Assembly: GCA_040437565.1 (NCBI GenBank)
Contig: JBDOQK010000045.1
Span: forward strand, 1-64,000
Reading direction: 5' to 3'
Source of the DNA: Albugo candida
Lineage: Eukaryota
DNA: 64,000 nucleotides
In this document: piece after piece, positions 1 to 13,589 of the stretch
Numbering within the stretch: position 1 is the stretch's first letter
Layout of the letters: the number at the start of each line of letters is the position of its first letter
Translations under genes and position numbers: made by a program
Notes under the pieces: model-generated
Database searches by the model: none
What the model saw: only the letters and a program-made list of their open reading frames with translations
Told to the model about the DNA's origin: nothing

Positions 1-1351
1 TGTTATAATCATCTGAATCCGTTTATACCATATCCACTTTTCCTCCTCTGCTGCTGAAATAGCCTGATTGGCTTCCTAATTGGAACGTTCGTCACCATCG
101 CGATTACCAGAGATGTGAAGACGGTCATGGCTTTTCTCACTATGAAGTCTAATTCAATCGTCTTTCGTGAATTCATACTGAAACACATGGACATATCCTG
201 TTATAATCATCTGAATGCGTTTATACTATATCCACTCTTGATCCTCTGCTGCTGAAATAGCCTGATTGGCTTCTCAAGAAGAACGTTTCGTCGCCATCGA
301 GATTACCAGAAGATGTGAAAACAGTCGTGGCTTTTGTCACTATAGATGGTAATTCAATTGCCTTTCGTGTATCTATGATACGGAACTGCATTTCCAAATC
401 TTCTTATGATCATTAAGAACCGTTTATACCATATCAACCTTTGATCCTGCACTGCTGGAATAGTCAGATTGGCTTCTGAGCAAGAGCGTAAGTCATCATC
501 GAGATTACCATAGGATGCGAAAACAGGCAATGCTTTTCTCACTTTAGACACTAATCNNNNNNNNNNNNNNNNNNNNNNNNNNNNNNNNNNNNNNNNNNNN
601 NNNNNNNNNNNNNNNNNNNNNNNNNNNNNNNNNNNNNNNNNNNNNNNNNNNNNNNNAATAGTCAGATTGGCTTCTGAGCAAGAGCGTAAGTCATCATCGA
701 GATTACCATAGGATGCGAAAACAGGCAATGCTTTTCTCACTTTAGACACTAATCAATCATCTTTCGTGCATCCATGATACGGAAATGTATTTGCAAATCT
801 TGTTCAGATCATCTAAAACATTTCAGGATTCTGTATGCCTTGCTAACGTCTTTCGTGCATCGAATAAAGCGAAGTATATGTACAAATCTTGTTATATCTA
901 TCTAAGACCTGACATACTATAGCAACATGGGTTCCCGTGCTGCTGTAATAGTCTAGAATACCTCGTCGAAAAGAACGTAAAGTCGCGAAGTGGAATACAA
1001 TATTATGCGAGCACAGTCGTGGTTTGTCTTAGCTGATAGACGACGTATAGGGTCTGTCGTGCATTCAACATAGCAAAATATATTTACAAATCGTCTTGTA
1101 ATCATCTGAAACCTTTTATACAATATCAACTTTGGATCCTGTGCTTCTGTAGTGGCCTAGATTGACTCCTCAATAAAAGCGTAAAGTATCAATCAAGATT
1201 ACCATAATATGCGGAAACACTCGTAGCTTTTCTCAGTTCATAAACTAAGTAAAACATCTGTCGTGCATCCGTTATAGCAAAGTGTATAAAGAAATCTCAT
1301 CATAATTATCTAAAGCCTTTTATACTATATCAAGATGGGGTTCTGTGCTTT
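1..1351. repeat. Degenerate ~200-bp tandem repeat array (about 6 units, one partial)
   Basis: The motif tgttataatcatctgaa...ttatac(c/t)atatc(c/a)ac...gatcct(c/g)tgc...tagcctgattggcttc recurs at ~1, ~199, ~400, ~890, ~1095 and ~1300, with a partial unit at ~800. Units are diverged, and the array contains a gap at 557-656. Confidence 0.8.
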
Positions 1352-1353
1352 TA

Positions 1354-4233
1354 CAGTGCACACCACCTATAGCCTGTAACTTTTAAGGGCTTAGTAAATT
1401 CACTACTCTTCACGCATAAATCATCGCGTAACAAAAACAGAGATTTTATATGATACATACAGTCTAGTGCTTCAAAACAAAAGGATTGGATTATTAAATT
1501 GGATGATTTTTTGATAATTTAAAGGCTCTAAAAGTTGCCTTGTTTCTCTATATTTAACTAGAATTTCCTATTAAAGCGTAAACTTTGGCCGCCATCAGTG
1601 GGCAAATTAGGGTGTAGGGTTTAGGGTTTGAGTACAAGTGTAATATATTATCTTTATGTTATACTTACAGCTCCATACAGTAGCTACTAAAGCATTGCTG
1701 TCTGTGTGAACTGAGTCTGGAACTCTTCGATGTGATCCGTACTTTCTCATACCATATTCCGCGGATTTTACGGTTGGATTTTTCCGATACACATCCATAT
1801 AAAGGAAGCACTTTCTAGCATGGCGACGGATTGTTGCGAGAGAAACTGAGGCAAGTGCTTTCGGAACTGTCGCGACCAATCCTTTCCATGTGTAATCGCA
1901 ATTTTTCCTTTGTGTATCGTTTTGCTTCCCCCAAAATGTTTCTATAAAATTAAATTCGCAATGAAATTTGGGGTAAAATATGATGAGATGGCCCGCCGCG
2001 GTGATTATCTCTTCCAACAAACCTTTTTGAGCTTTAAGGACTGGCTGATTCTGAATAACACTGCGGCCGCAGCAGCTACCTGTGTCACCACATTTACACC
2101 GGCAATCCAGACGAAGGTTTTTCTTCCAAAGGTTGCGTTCCTGCAGGACGATCTTTATTCCCTTTGGTTGTCCAGCCAGAGGGTGATCTGCGGGTAATTC
2201 CATGGATTGCGATGTCCCATCTCCAAACATTCCATTCCGCATCACCGGTTGCTTTCCTCCCGGTCCAAGTTATATCCGTTGAGATACGAGAGCATCTTCA
2301 CCAAATGCTGCGTGGCTAGTCGCATTGTCGAAAGCGAAGAGAACTTTTGCATTGGGAAACTGCGCATCGAAAATGGGAATTGCAGCATCCCGTACTTGCT
2401 TATGAAAGTCTTCCGCAGACAACCAACCATCATAGTTCTTGCCGGGATATGTGATTCTGCAGGTCTCTTCTGGAAGATTGCTGTGTTGAAGCTTCTTTTC
2501 TTTGATCAAAGCTAGTCGACCCCCTTAAAAAAGACAGAATTGTTAACTCTTGATCAAAGTAATGAGCGAAAAACTCTAAGATAATATACTTACCAACATC
2601 AGTCAGGAATTCGCTGACATGTATCGATCTTCCAGCCCCCTTCTTCCGCAGTGGCTGTTCGCCATCAGGAAGCCATAGCTTCTTCTGGCCAGCATGGGCG
2701 GCAAATGTGCTTTCATCATGCGTCACTAGGATGATGGCATCTCTGGCAGGCCAAATCTCCGATTCCATTTCCGGCCCAACCAAGTCCGCCATAAAGGGCT
2801 CATACATTCTCATTCGTTCCAAAAACTGAGTACGATATGCCACGAAATCTGCTCGTTCATGGCCATCAACGTACATGCCTTTCTTCACCTCTTAATAACG
2901 TAGGCCAAGTAACCCATCCAGCGGGTCACAGTGCTGAGGTAGATAGATGCGGTGGGATCAATTTTTGGAAGTATTTGCTCGCTTACATGCTTGGGAAAAT
3001 CCGTCGGTATTATACAGAATTTATTGTTTCGAAGGTAAAGCTCCACATCTGCAATGACATCTTCATCCTCTAGTAAACTGATTGTGTTAATATGCTTTTC
3101 CTGCTTGTTCTCGGAAATAAAACCAGTTTCAAGATATGTACGTCCCCAGCCACGATTCATCTCGGCAAACCAACGCCCTTTTCCATTTGCCGCCGCAATT
3201 ATTTTCGAGGCAGCAACTCTCTATTTTGCAATCACGATATACCGTTAATAATTGCGCTAGAGAATGTGCAAATGAGTTAACTATACCTCACTGCCGCAGA
3301 GTAAAATCCTTAAGTATCCTGCAACAGAGGCAAGACGCAGCCGCATGATTTTCACCTGTGATTCATTTTGTTTTCCCAGTTTCACAAGCGCTCTTTGAAG
3401 ATTGTCGTGAGAATAAAGAGGTCTTTCATCTATCGAGTCCTCGCTTTCAGAGTCTATAGGCTGACGCTGTGTGGCTTTCGCCTTGAAGTATGTCTCTAGC
3501 TTTATTGAACCAATAGCTGCTTTTTCCTGCGCTCCTCTTTTGCGCCACTTCGNNNNNNNNNNNNNNNNNNNNNNNNNNNNNNNNNNNNNNNNNNNNNNNN
3601 NNNNNNNNNNNNNNNNNNNNNNNNNNNNNNNNNNNNNNNNNNNNNNNNNNNNGTCTTTCATCTATCGAGTCCTCGCTTTCAGAGTCTATAGGCTGACGCT
3701 GTGTGGCTTTCGCCTTGAAGTATGTCTCTAGCTTTATTGAACCAATAGCTGCTTTTTCCTGCGCTCCTCTTTTGCGCCACTTCGCTCTGTCGGAATCTCC
3801 AAGGTACCGAGAAGGCCGTTTACAAGCAGACTCAATACTCACAATAATGTTTTCCGTTTGCTCTTCCTCAAAATCCTCGAATTCAACTTCTAAATCCGCC
3901 TTTTACATCGCTCTTATTTTCGATAGTTGAACTTGATATATTTCTGGCTTTTTTCGTCTCATAAGCAGCCCGCATAGCTTTCATATGACGTTGCTGTTTT
4001 GATGTTCGAGGCATGCTGCTTAGTTCAATGGGCTGGCACAAAAAAGGAATGTGTTTTGTTGTCAAATGAGCAGGATGGTTGGTATCAAGATTAAATGTGA
4101 TTAGGAAAAAGCTGTTGGAATGGTATTGGGGGGTTGAATTTACGCCAATTATATTCGTTGACGGTTTATGTTTGATATTTTTCAATTTTGGCCGCAAAAA
4201 ATAATAATCACAGGTTATAGATGACTTGCACTA
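1354..4233 (-). mobile_element. Tc1/mariner-IS630-superfamily DNA transposon with imperfect ~28-bp TIRs and TA flanks
   Basis: Left end is TA|CAGTGCACACCACCTATAGCCTGTAAC (1354). The right end read on the minus strand is TA|TAGTGCAAGTCATCTATAACCTGTGAT (4233). TA lies at 1352-1353 and 4234-4235, and the element encloses a DDE transposase. Confidence 0.8.
1607..4014 (-). pseudogene. Frameshifted DDE transposase (HDES...FDN...PKFHCExNFIE family)
   Basis: Motifs across several ORF pieces: YVDGHER, VTHDESTF, KKGAGRSIHVSEFL, PGKNYDGW, FAFDNATSH, CRCKC..CC, YPKFHCEFNFIETFWG, SHRRVP. Likely start MPRTSKQQ at 4014. A GT-AG intron at 2524-2593 restores the frame; several frameshifts remain. Confidence 0.8.
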
Positions 4234-4559
4234 TATAAGGGTCAACGTTGTGTCTTGGATGAATGCCTCTAACCGTACTAAATATTACCGCAACATTCGA
4301 AAACAATCGAGACTGTTCTCAGTTGGTAGACAAAGGAAATAATTTTTCGTGAATCCTTGTCAGCCAAATATATATAACGTGGGGTCCTGTACTGTACAGT
4401 TCTGTTAGAATAGTCGCGGTTGTCTCCTGGATGTGTGCATAAAGCCAAGAGCAATAAGGTTTCCTTAAATTCGGGACAATAGTGGCTTTTCTTCGTTGGT
4501 AGACTAATAAAAAAGCCTTTCATAAATCATTTCTGGCAAAGTATAAATTCATCATCTTC

Positions 4560-7550
4560 TGACAAAACCTTTATACTACATCAGCATGGTATGATATGCA
4601 GACATTCAACAAGCGCACTCGGGGCTAGTTGGTGTAGTGCTTCCGGCAATTCGTCCATTCTAGGTGATAAATATCCACGCATATATTTGATTTCTTTTCT
4701 ATTCCGTTTTATCAATGGAGTCTAAAAACGATTCATCAGAGCTGAATAGAATTTTTGTGGATGACTAGTATTTGAATTTGCCGACATGGGCGCAAGGGGT
4801 CCAACTGAACTGGATTGATCTCCCATGATACCATTCCAGTGATCTGTGAAGTGAAGGGTGATATCGATCGTATTCCTCGACACGTTTTCAATTGGAATCA
4901 AAACTTCTTCAGAGGGAGTCGGTGACATTCCGAGCACACTGGTGAATAAAACTGCAGAGACGATTGCCCCATTTTCTTCATCTGATAGTCGGAATAGAGT
5001 CTTGATTAAACTTGGACGAGCTCTCCAACCGTTCATGATAACAGCGATATCTGCGTCGTATATTTTACTTTTTGTTCTTAGATCTGAGTCCGCTTGAGCT
5101 CATCCGGCTCCTTTTGACGACAGATCTTCTTCTAAACTTTTTACAACAGATGCTTGACGTGCTTCTTCCGGTTCTAAAGTCTTTGCTTGAATGAGAGGTC
5201 ACACAATTTTATCCAAGATACGATACGCCTCCTCCACGATCGCTCCTTTGATTTTCGTATAGTCAAATAAAAATAGGACATTGTAATGACCAGGACTTTG
5301 GAGCTGTGATTTGTTTGCGAATTTCAAAATATGCGCCAGATGANNNNNNNNNNNNNNNNNNNNNNNNNNNNNNNNNNNNNNNNNNNNNNNNNNNNNNNNN
5401 NNNNNNNNNNNNNNNNNNNNNNNNNNNNNNNNNNNNNNNNNNNTCACACAATTTTATCCAAGATACGATACGCCTCCTCCACGATCGCTCCTTTGATTTT
5501 CGTATAGTCAAATAAAAATAGGACATTGTAATGACCAGGACTTTGGAGCTGTGATTTGTTTGCGAATTTCAAAATATGCGCCAGATGATCACCCATGTGA
5601 GGGGGTGAAACATAGCTGAAATCCTTACTTACGGGATGTTGTCCAGTCGGCTGTTCCATTCTTGAAGTCCAGTAATAACACGTTCTTGATAATGATATTG
5701 ATGACAAATGTCTAGGACACCCATGCTGAAAATCAATTTTTAACATGAGAGAGAGTCGACTTAGCTAGCATAGCTAAACACCACTAGAGCAATTCAAACT
5801 GGGACAGTAGACTGCATTATATCTCCACAAACGATACAAATCGCGTTCGTCTCGAAAAGCCTCGCATAAACTTAAGTGAGACGATTGATCGTGTCAACTT
5901 GTACCCCTTCAGTCGAAAACGCACCACTGGATCGCATACCCCTATTAAGTAATACCTGCAATGCTATCGCATGAAATCATGAAAGTCGCAGAAGGCTATC
6001 TTCATAGCTTATGAATTCAAGATGCTTTTCCACCTTCGAAACATGAACTTCTTTTTGAAGAAATATTATCCGGCTCAGTGCAATCTGTGCCGTCATTGAA
6101 TCTTTTGCCAAAACCTCCATCAGTTCCTCACGCGAGTAGGAAGATATCTCTAGATCGTCCTTCTCGATTCTCGTCTTTTTGGAAATACGCCACTTCTTTC
6201 GATGTAGAGACATCGACGATATTGGCAAATCGATGTGATATTGTTTTTCAAAATCATGATTGGTCATAACATCTTTCTACTTCAATATCGGAGCTGCGCA
6301 CAAATTTATTCTGTTTGTGGCGAGCCCATCCAATGATTTTGGACGAGCTTTACCGACCTGGCTGTTGAAGCTGTGTAACTAACGAGTCCGCTTGGTCCCC
6401 AATCTTCTTGCTAATCAGCTTTTTTGAGCTTTTTGTCAGATCCTGCGACAGGCAACGAGGCTTCTTTCTGTCAACGTTCCGATGGAGTCGATTTAGAAGG
6501 TTTCTAGAATAGAATGTTTCGTCCGTAATAGGCTGGCGTTGAGTAGTACTTGATTTTGAACTCTTTTCTTTTACGTTTTTCTTGTCGTGAGTTGCCTTTT
6601 TTAATTTTTCGGTGCGCTTTTTTGGAACCAATTTTGATTCAGATGTCGAAAGCTGGCTTCTCATCACTCGTTGAGGTGACATAGGAGTATTCACCGGCAG
6701 CATTAGGCAGGACTTCGCTGACCCATCCTCAATCTCTCGACTGGTGGGATGCCCTTCTCCACAAGCCAAATAGTATCTCCCTTATATACAAACTTGGTGA
6801 AAAATTCACAAAGAACATCGTATCCAAGACTGTGTAATTAAGAGTCAATGCTGAATGTAGATATGTCTGGTCATGCTGAAGTCACGATTAGAGTAGTGAT
6901 TACCCAAAATTGTACTCTTCTTATGGGCCAACTTCTGGTAAGCTTCCTAAGTTGTTGCGAGAAGTCGTAACTAACCTCCAATCAATTAAGCCAATTGACC
7001 AATTTTTACTTGATCTCTAATCTCGTCCAGGATCGAGCTCCCATGATCTCGAGAAAATGAATGCAGTATTTGCACGGGTGGTTTTGCACCGGTTTTTTCG
7101 GTTTTGCCAATATCATTAAAATGCTGCGGTCGTAATCACGGAATGTTACGCCGCTTTCAGATAAGAAGACAAGACTTCACGACCTTGCGCGCCCAATTCA
7201 AAGATCCTCGATTGCAAAAAGATCAGGTGCTAGAATATTAGGCATTACAACTTCAAACTATGCCATCTGCTGGACTTTATCTTATCCGATCTCAACTGCT
7301 TCTTTCGTATATCGGCTAAAATTAACCGATGGCCGGTTGCATTTGCCGTTTTGAATGCTTTCGAAGTGAAAGATGTAGCTGTGTCATCCACCTCAATTGC
7401 CCGCAGCTGTTGGGACGAATTGAATTGGGAGAGCTAGGTATTTTATTCTCCGTATCAGCTTCTGATTGGTCCATTACCACGTCAAACACGGCAGGGTCCG
7501 ACGGTATAGGTGCACGTAGGCGCATTTTCCGCAGGCAACATGTCACTGTA
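4560..7550 (-). pseudogene. Decayed coding remnant, possibly a retroelement gag/ORF1-like sequence
   Basis: A string of broken minus-strand ORFs with a basic low-complexity segment and a partial knuckle-like CGEGHP. No decisive domain is visible. Confidence 0.2.
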
Positions 7551-7639
7551 TCAAGTTAGCGGGAATGTTGAGAAGTTTTGTTTATGTCTCAGTTGAAGGT
7601 GCCTCTATTACTAAAATTAGAGTAACTGACTTCTCTAGT

Positions 7640-10600
7640 TGCCTAGGCTATCTTAAATAACAAATATACATATAGAAAACATTTAGTGAACATACCTGTT
7701 GGCGATGATAATATGCAGTCTCTCTGATAGACCCGGATTGCGGTAGTCACAAACACAACAATACGAGATTGTGTCCAGCGTGTGAATGATAGAAAAATGT
7801 AACTGTCCAAAAGTGCCGTGTTGTGCAAAATGCTGTGCGCCACATTGGAGTGAACATAACCATCGAGCTCGGACTAGATCCGAGTCGCACTTACATTTTT
7901 CTACTTGTCTATGCCGCACCCGCATCAATGATCTTCGAGTTCTGGAAAATCCACCGAATGACCCTTGCGTTCCTAGCTGATCCAGCACCTTGGCAAGCCG
8001 AACGCGTTCATCTTAATCGTACAACTGTTTCGAAAATACCAAACGTGCGCACTAGACGTGGTGTAAATCACGGAAAGCGCTGAAACTCTCGGAGTTGCTG
8101 ATCGCTGATCGTCAAACTACGATTTTAATCGGTCCAGACGATGTGCAGCCTCACCACTTGCAGTGCAAGCCATAAATCTGATATAATTTGTTGGCTCTCT
8201 TTCCATGGCGGCCGTAGTGCTGGTACAATTCCACATGCAATATGCGACCAACGTGGTCGGGATGCGAAGAATTGATCCCATGTAGGGAGTAACTCCCNNN
8301 NNNNNNNNNNNNNNNNNNNNNNNNNNNNNNNNNNNNNNNNNNNNNNNNNNNNNNNNNNNNNNNNNNNNNNNNNNNNNNNNNNNNNNNNNNNNNNNNNTCG
8401 TTTACCATGCCAAGTTTGTACAAACATTTTGCGTGCTCGGATGACGTGTAGCAGCTTTATAATTTGATTTTTAGTCGCGGTGGAACCACATCGGTTATTC
8501 CATGTAGTACTGAGGGTGTTGTCGAACATTCGAATACGATATTGTAATCATCTGATGCCGCATTTTAAATGCGTGTTTCCACCATGCAGATGGGCTCTCT
8601 CATTGCACCATTTTCCCATACCGATGTGGTTTGATAACAAAGAAAGGTTGAATAAGATGTAATAATTCCGTCGAAGCAGTTGTCCAATTCGCAGTAATAA
8701 TTTTGACGCATCGGATGCAAACTGTTGAAGAAGTTGAATATGCTCTAGCTTTAGTCGTCCCACCAAGAAATGAACTTTTAGTCCACCATCTTGTCGGCGA
8801 AGATATAAAATGCTTTGCTGAGTAGGTGGGAGTGTTTCGATTTTTTTTGTGTTTCCGACCAACAAACAAGCACAGATCGATTTAACATCATTTGCCACCA
8901 TCGAATAGTCTGCTGATGTGTCCACGTGCATCGTTTAATGCCACAGACTTGATAAAACCATCGTCTGCGCAACCAGTAGTCGACCACGAACAGTTCGTGC
9001 ACGTCGAAACCATACACTAAACCATCACTCCCACCTACTCCCTACTCAGCAAAGCATTTTTATATCTTCGCCGACAAGATGGTGGGCTAAAAGTTCATTT
9101 TTTGTCGAGAGTTGAAATAATCATTGAACGAGTCGGTGTCTGGCCGAACGGAATACCCCAATACTTGACCGAATACTCCGTTCCCNNNNNNNNNNNNNNN
9201 NNNNNNNNNNNNNNNNNNNNNNNNNNNNNNNNNNNNNNNNNNNNNNNNNNNNNNNNNNNNNNNNNNNNNNNNNNNNNNNNNNNNNCCTACTCAGCAAAGC
9301 ATTTTTATATCTTCGCCGACAAGATGGTGGGCTAAAAGTTCATTTTTTGTCGAGAGTTGAAATAATCATTGAACGAGTCGGTGTCTGGCCGAACGGAATA
9401 CCCCAATACTTGACCGAATACTCCGTTCCCGGTATGGCCAAATTGGGAATACGCACCAGATCCATCGCGATAGACCTGAACGAGTTCGAGCTGCGACAGT
9501 CGTGCCATTCATCGATGTTAATTTCCCAAAGGCTCGATCGTCATCAGAAAAACTAATTCTAAGAGAGGGTCGCCTTGTTTTTACTCCACGTTGTGGTGTA
9601 ATGGACGGTGTGATATTTACATTGATTATCAAATGCGCCTTCGTTTTATTGTACAAAAGACGAACCCAGTCGATGAAGCTTTTCCAACGCCCATTTTTTT
9701 TGAACTCGAAACATGTACGTCCCATTGACTCGATAATAAGCTTTCTCAAAGTCGAGAAAAGTCGCATATGCTTCCTCCCCACGATGAGTGACCAAGTCTT
9801 GAATGGCGGTGATATGTCGAACATGGTGAGGCATCGACCTTCCGCGCACAAATGCTTCTTGATCTTGATGGATCTATTTTGGCAAAAACCGTTGCAATCG
9901 ATGCGCCAATACTTTAAGAAGTACTTTCACATCGACGCAAGCAGTGCGATCGGTCTATAGTTGCCAGGATCACCTCGTTATCTCTTTTTGAACAATAATA
10001 TTATTGCCGAGTGACGTTGTGATCGATTTAAGATACCTCTTTTTAGCTGATATTCGAACACGATCTTCAGACAATAGCCGAACGTTTCCGGATCAAGCTG
10101 ATAAAGTGCATCTGGTAGTCCATCCATACCTGAAGAAGAACTACTTCGCATGTACTTGATCGCTTCCGCCATCTCGGTCGTACTTAAGAGAGTTGAGAGA
10201 AGGTCTTGCTCTTCGGACGCAAGGGAAACTTGAATCTAATCGAGAAACTTTTTTTGCTTTCTTTCACATGGATCATCTGAGTCGGTCTCGGATCTATAAA
10301 GAGCCACCATGACACCACCCCAATGATCTCTAAATTCGTCAATAATCTCCCTCGGGTTCTGTTGGAGGAGCGTGACTGCTGATGTAAAAGGACGCGACTA
10401 TTGAGGTGTAAAGACATGACGGAAGATGGACATACGCGAACATTGGAATGTGGCAGGAATGCGTTGTATGACCTATGAGTGATTTTGCGTAACGAGTAAA
10501 AATCAACTAGGGCATAAGATCAAAATTCAACAGGTTCGATGTCACGATGCCGCATTTTTGCTGACATTTTCGATCGGCACGCGACGACAAGAACTATCCG

Positions 10601-11560
10601 GAAAGCGAAAAGAATGCTTGGAAGAGTTCTGCATATGCTTCACGTGATGGTCGAAGCTCTCATCTTGGTTGTATTTGGCATTGTCTTCGACCGAGAGTCT
10701 GAATTGTTCGCGAATCGATTCGTAAAAATTCCATGCCTCATTGGTGTCGTGACTGCGATATCGAGCTGCTGCGACTTCCAAAACACGCTGGCTAGACTCA
10801 ACATCACGTCGGCTATCTTGTGCAATCTTTTTTCAGTGCCATGAAGCTGTTTCTTGATTTTCGTCGTCCAACTTTCCCACATTTTACCGGGATTCGAAGT
10901 TGTCCGCAACTGTTCGAGCACCAAATTCGCTTCCAATTTAATTGCTTCGACAACTTGAGGATATTCAAATAGTCGTAATGAACATTTCCAATATCCTCGA
11001 CCGGAGATGAGTTGGATTTGCAAAAGTTACTTCTTGTGCGAGATCATCTCCCGCATGTCGTGGACGGAAATGTTCTGAAGTTTTGGGCACTATACTGAAT
11101 AGCTCTTCTGACATGCAGATGTGATCTAGTAGATTCTTGCGCGGTAATGGTCCTGTAAATACTTTTACAGAAGGATGTTGGATTAGCCAGGCTTCTATCG
11201 CACCTAGCTGTAAAAGTCATTCCAAACACGCTAATCAAATTGTTTCGTGTCGAATTGTTCCACTCGAAGCATCTTTAGCTAGATCGAGTGGTGTGTTAAA
11301 ATCACCAAAAACGAACTGTATTGCGGTCGATTGTAAAGTGTTGGAGAGCAATAACTCATAAAAAACCATCTTCACACAGGTAAGGAAGCCGTTCGACCGA
11401 TGCTTCTCCGGACATTTCCGAGTTCAACCTACATGAAGCTTTATAAAAATCGTCGCATCTTCAGCGAGCGCTTGTGGGATATGGTCTAGCGACATGAAAA
11501 GTGATGACTCTGCATGCGTACAAGAACTTTTGTCAAATGAGGCTTGCAGGCTACAATCCT
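7640..11560 (-). mobile_element. Decayed L1/Tx1-like non-LTR retrotransposon ORF2 (AP endonuclease + reverse transcriptase)
   Basis: Minus-strand motifs in the expected order: VFGDFNTPLD (~11300), GRGYWK, SSGMDGLP, LFKK/DPGNYRPIALL (~9950), FLDFEKAY.RVN, RGV.QGDPL (frameshifted), KYWGIPFG, RRQDGGL. Many stops and frameshifts; boundaries approximate. Confidence 0.85.
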
Positions 11561-13589
11561 CCCTATAACGATTATAGTGACAGCTCGAACAACCAAATGC
11601 AGATGCTCATGTGTGTGAACTGGCCTTGATGCGATGTTCTTGCTACCATTGTCAGAAGACACTTCTTCATGCTCAAAGTAGGTGGACATTACATCACCAA
11701 ATACGGAAAATATCTCTTTTCCGAAACTCTTGTCGATACCCAAACCGTCTTTCTCATCACCTATTAGGTCGCGCAAACAGTCGGCAAGAGCGCGACCAAG
11801 CAAACTGCAGCGATATTTTTTCCCTTGGCGCTGAGGAATCGATATTCGAAACTGGCGCGGTTGAAAAAATATGTCCACCTATTCTTAGTACCGTGCACGT
11901 ATAATTGAAAAGGTTTATCGTGCATTTAACCTTGAAGTTTTCTCCTCACCCGTTCCTCTTCCGTACGTGTAAATGAATCGGGTGTCGCTTTTCATGTCTC
12001 ATTAGCCATACTTTACGTCAAGAACTTATTATATGCACGACGACTTGATCAGACATGTATTTGAATTATTTCTTTTTGTTGATAAAAAATGCACTGAAAC
12101 CGATCTATCCGGTGCTGGCGTGGAGAATTGATTGGAGTTGAGCGCAACTAAATATATTGAGCCCGGGCATACTACTACTCCACATGTCCTTTCCATACTC
12201 CGTGTCTCTCAAGCTAAATTATAAAGCAATTTCCACTTGAACGCATTGAAATATCTCACAACGGGAACTACCAACTCAAAAGCCCGTTCTTTAGACGCAT
12301 CAAATGAACCCGAAAATACTTATTGCAATCTGCATTGGGATAAACGCGTGCATGTGTGACGGTGGAGACTAATTCAAGAAGCAAACGATAGTACAACCCC
12401 ACTAAGCCCGTCAACTTAACTTTTCTGGACGTCCCGGCTATGGCCCTTATTAAACCCGCAAATATAGCAGCTGCACTTTTGTGGGGCATCGGGCGCGTAT
12501 CGAAGAGTCTTCTTCATTATAGCATTGTTGTCGTTGCAATTAATGGAATAAGTGAAGAAACTCATTCACAAACTACATTTGTGAGCACATTCGTTTTCTT
12601 TGTCACGCAGCTGATACCTGTGACGTCAACAAATCTTCTACTGTACCGAATGTTTTGTCTACAGTACTGTACATCCAGACGTTAAACGCTCATCCTCTAT
12701 TTGACGTCAACTACATTGCTATCGCTCAATGAGCTTGTACGCACCCCGGCCAAATATTGGCTGCCACTCATTGTCAAGCTTTGCAATCTCCAGTATCATC
12801 GTAATCGCTGAGGTACACGCTGTCTCTCCCTTTCTTATTGAATTATGTATCATCATTCAACTCCACTCAAGGACACCGATGGGTTGAGGTATCTGATCTA
12901 GAAGACAAACCCCGTGCTGTGTCACATTTGTCTTGGTTTGATTAAAGTAAAACCGGTCCATTGTGAACCCGTGCGGGTTCTGACCTGCTTGGGTTGATCT
13001 GGAAAACTGGAAAGGAATAGTTATTGAGACGCTTGGGAGCCTCCGGGTTCTGTTCGCTCCTCAGGTGACCAGAATGATCGATAAAGGATACGTACACTCT
13101 GCGCATATTTTGGTATGGCGGATAGAATGAGCTCTCATGGTAAGTTGTAGCTGCAACGTGCTTGATAGGGCTCTTTATCCTCGATGAGAACGCGCAACAG
13201 TATTGGTATCTAGCAATGTAATCAGGATTATCGCAGTTGACCACGGTATAGTATAGAAGATGAACTGGGCTGGACGTGCCATTGCCCATAATCATTACAT
13301 GGAGAGTTATAGTCTATAAGCGACTTGCCGAGTGGATCTGGTGTAAGGATGGATAGACGTGTTTTTTTTAATTCTCTAGACCATCAGCCGCAAAGACTGA
13401 CTAGGATCACAAGCTGATGGTTTATCGCATTGTGATCACGTGACCTCAATAGCTACACTTGAGAAGAATCTTCAACCGTATGAAGGCTCCCACCACGCTT
13501 GCATACTGTGCGGATGAGTTGATAGAAACTTCTTCACATTAATATACTCTATCAAAGTGTTCGATCATTCCCTCTCCCTAATACATGTA

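Noticed and set aside
1-1351. Possible CRISPR array
   Set aside because: Whole ~200-bp units are homologous, there are no unique spacers or cas genes, and the context is eukaryotic.
12500-12720. Signal-peptide-like stretch followed by CxxC (CCG-effector-like)
   Set aside because: No start codon, several in-frame stops, and no downstream Gly of the motif. Not supportable.
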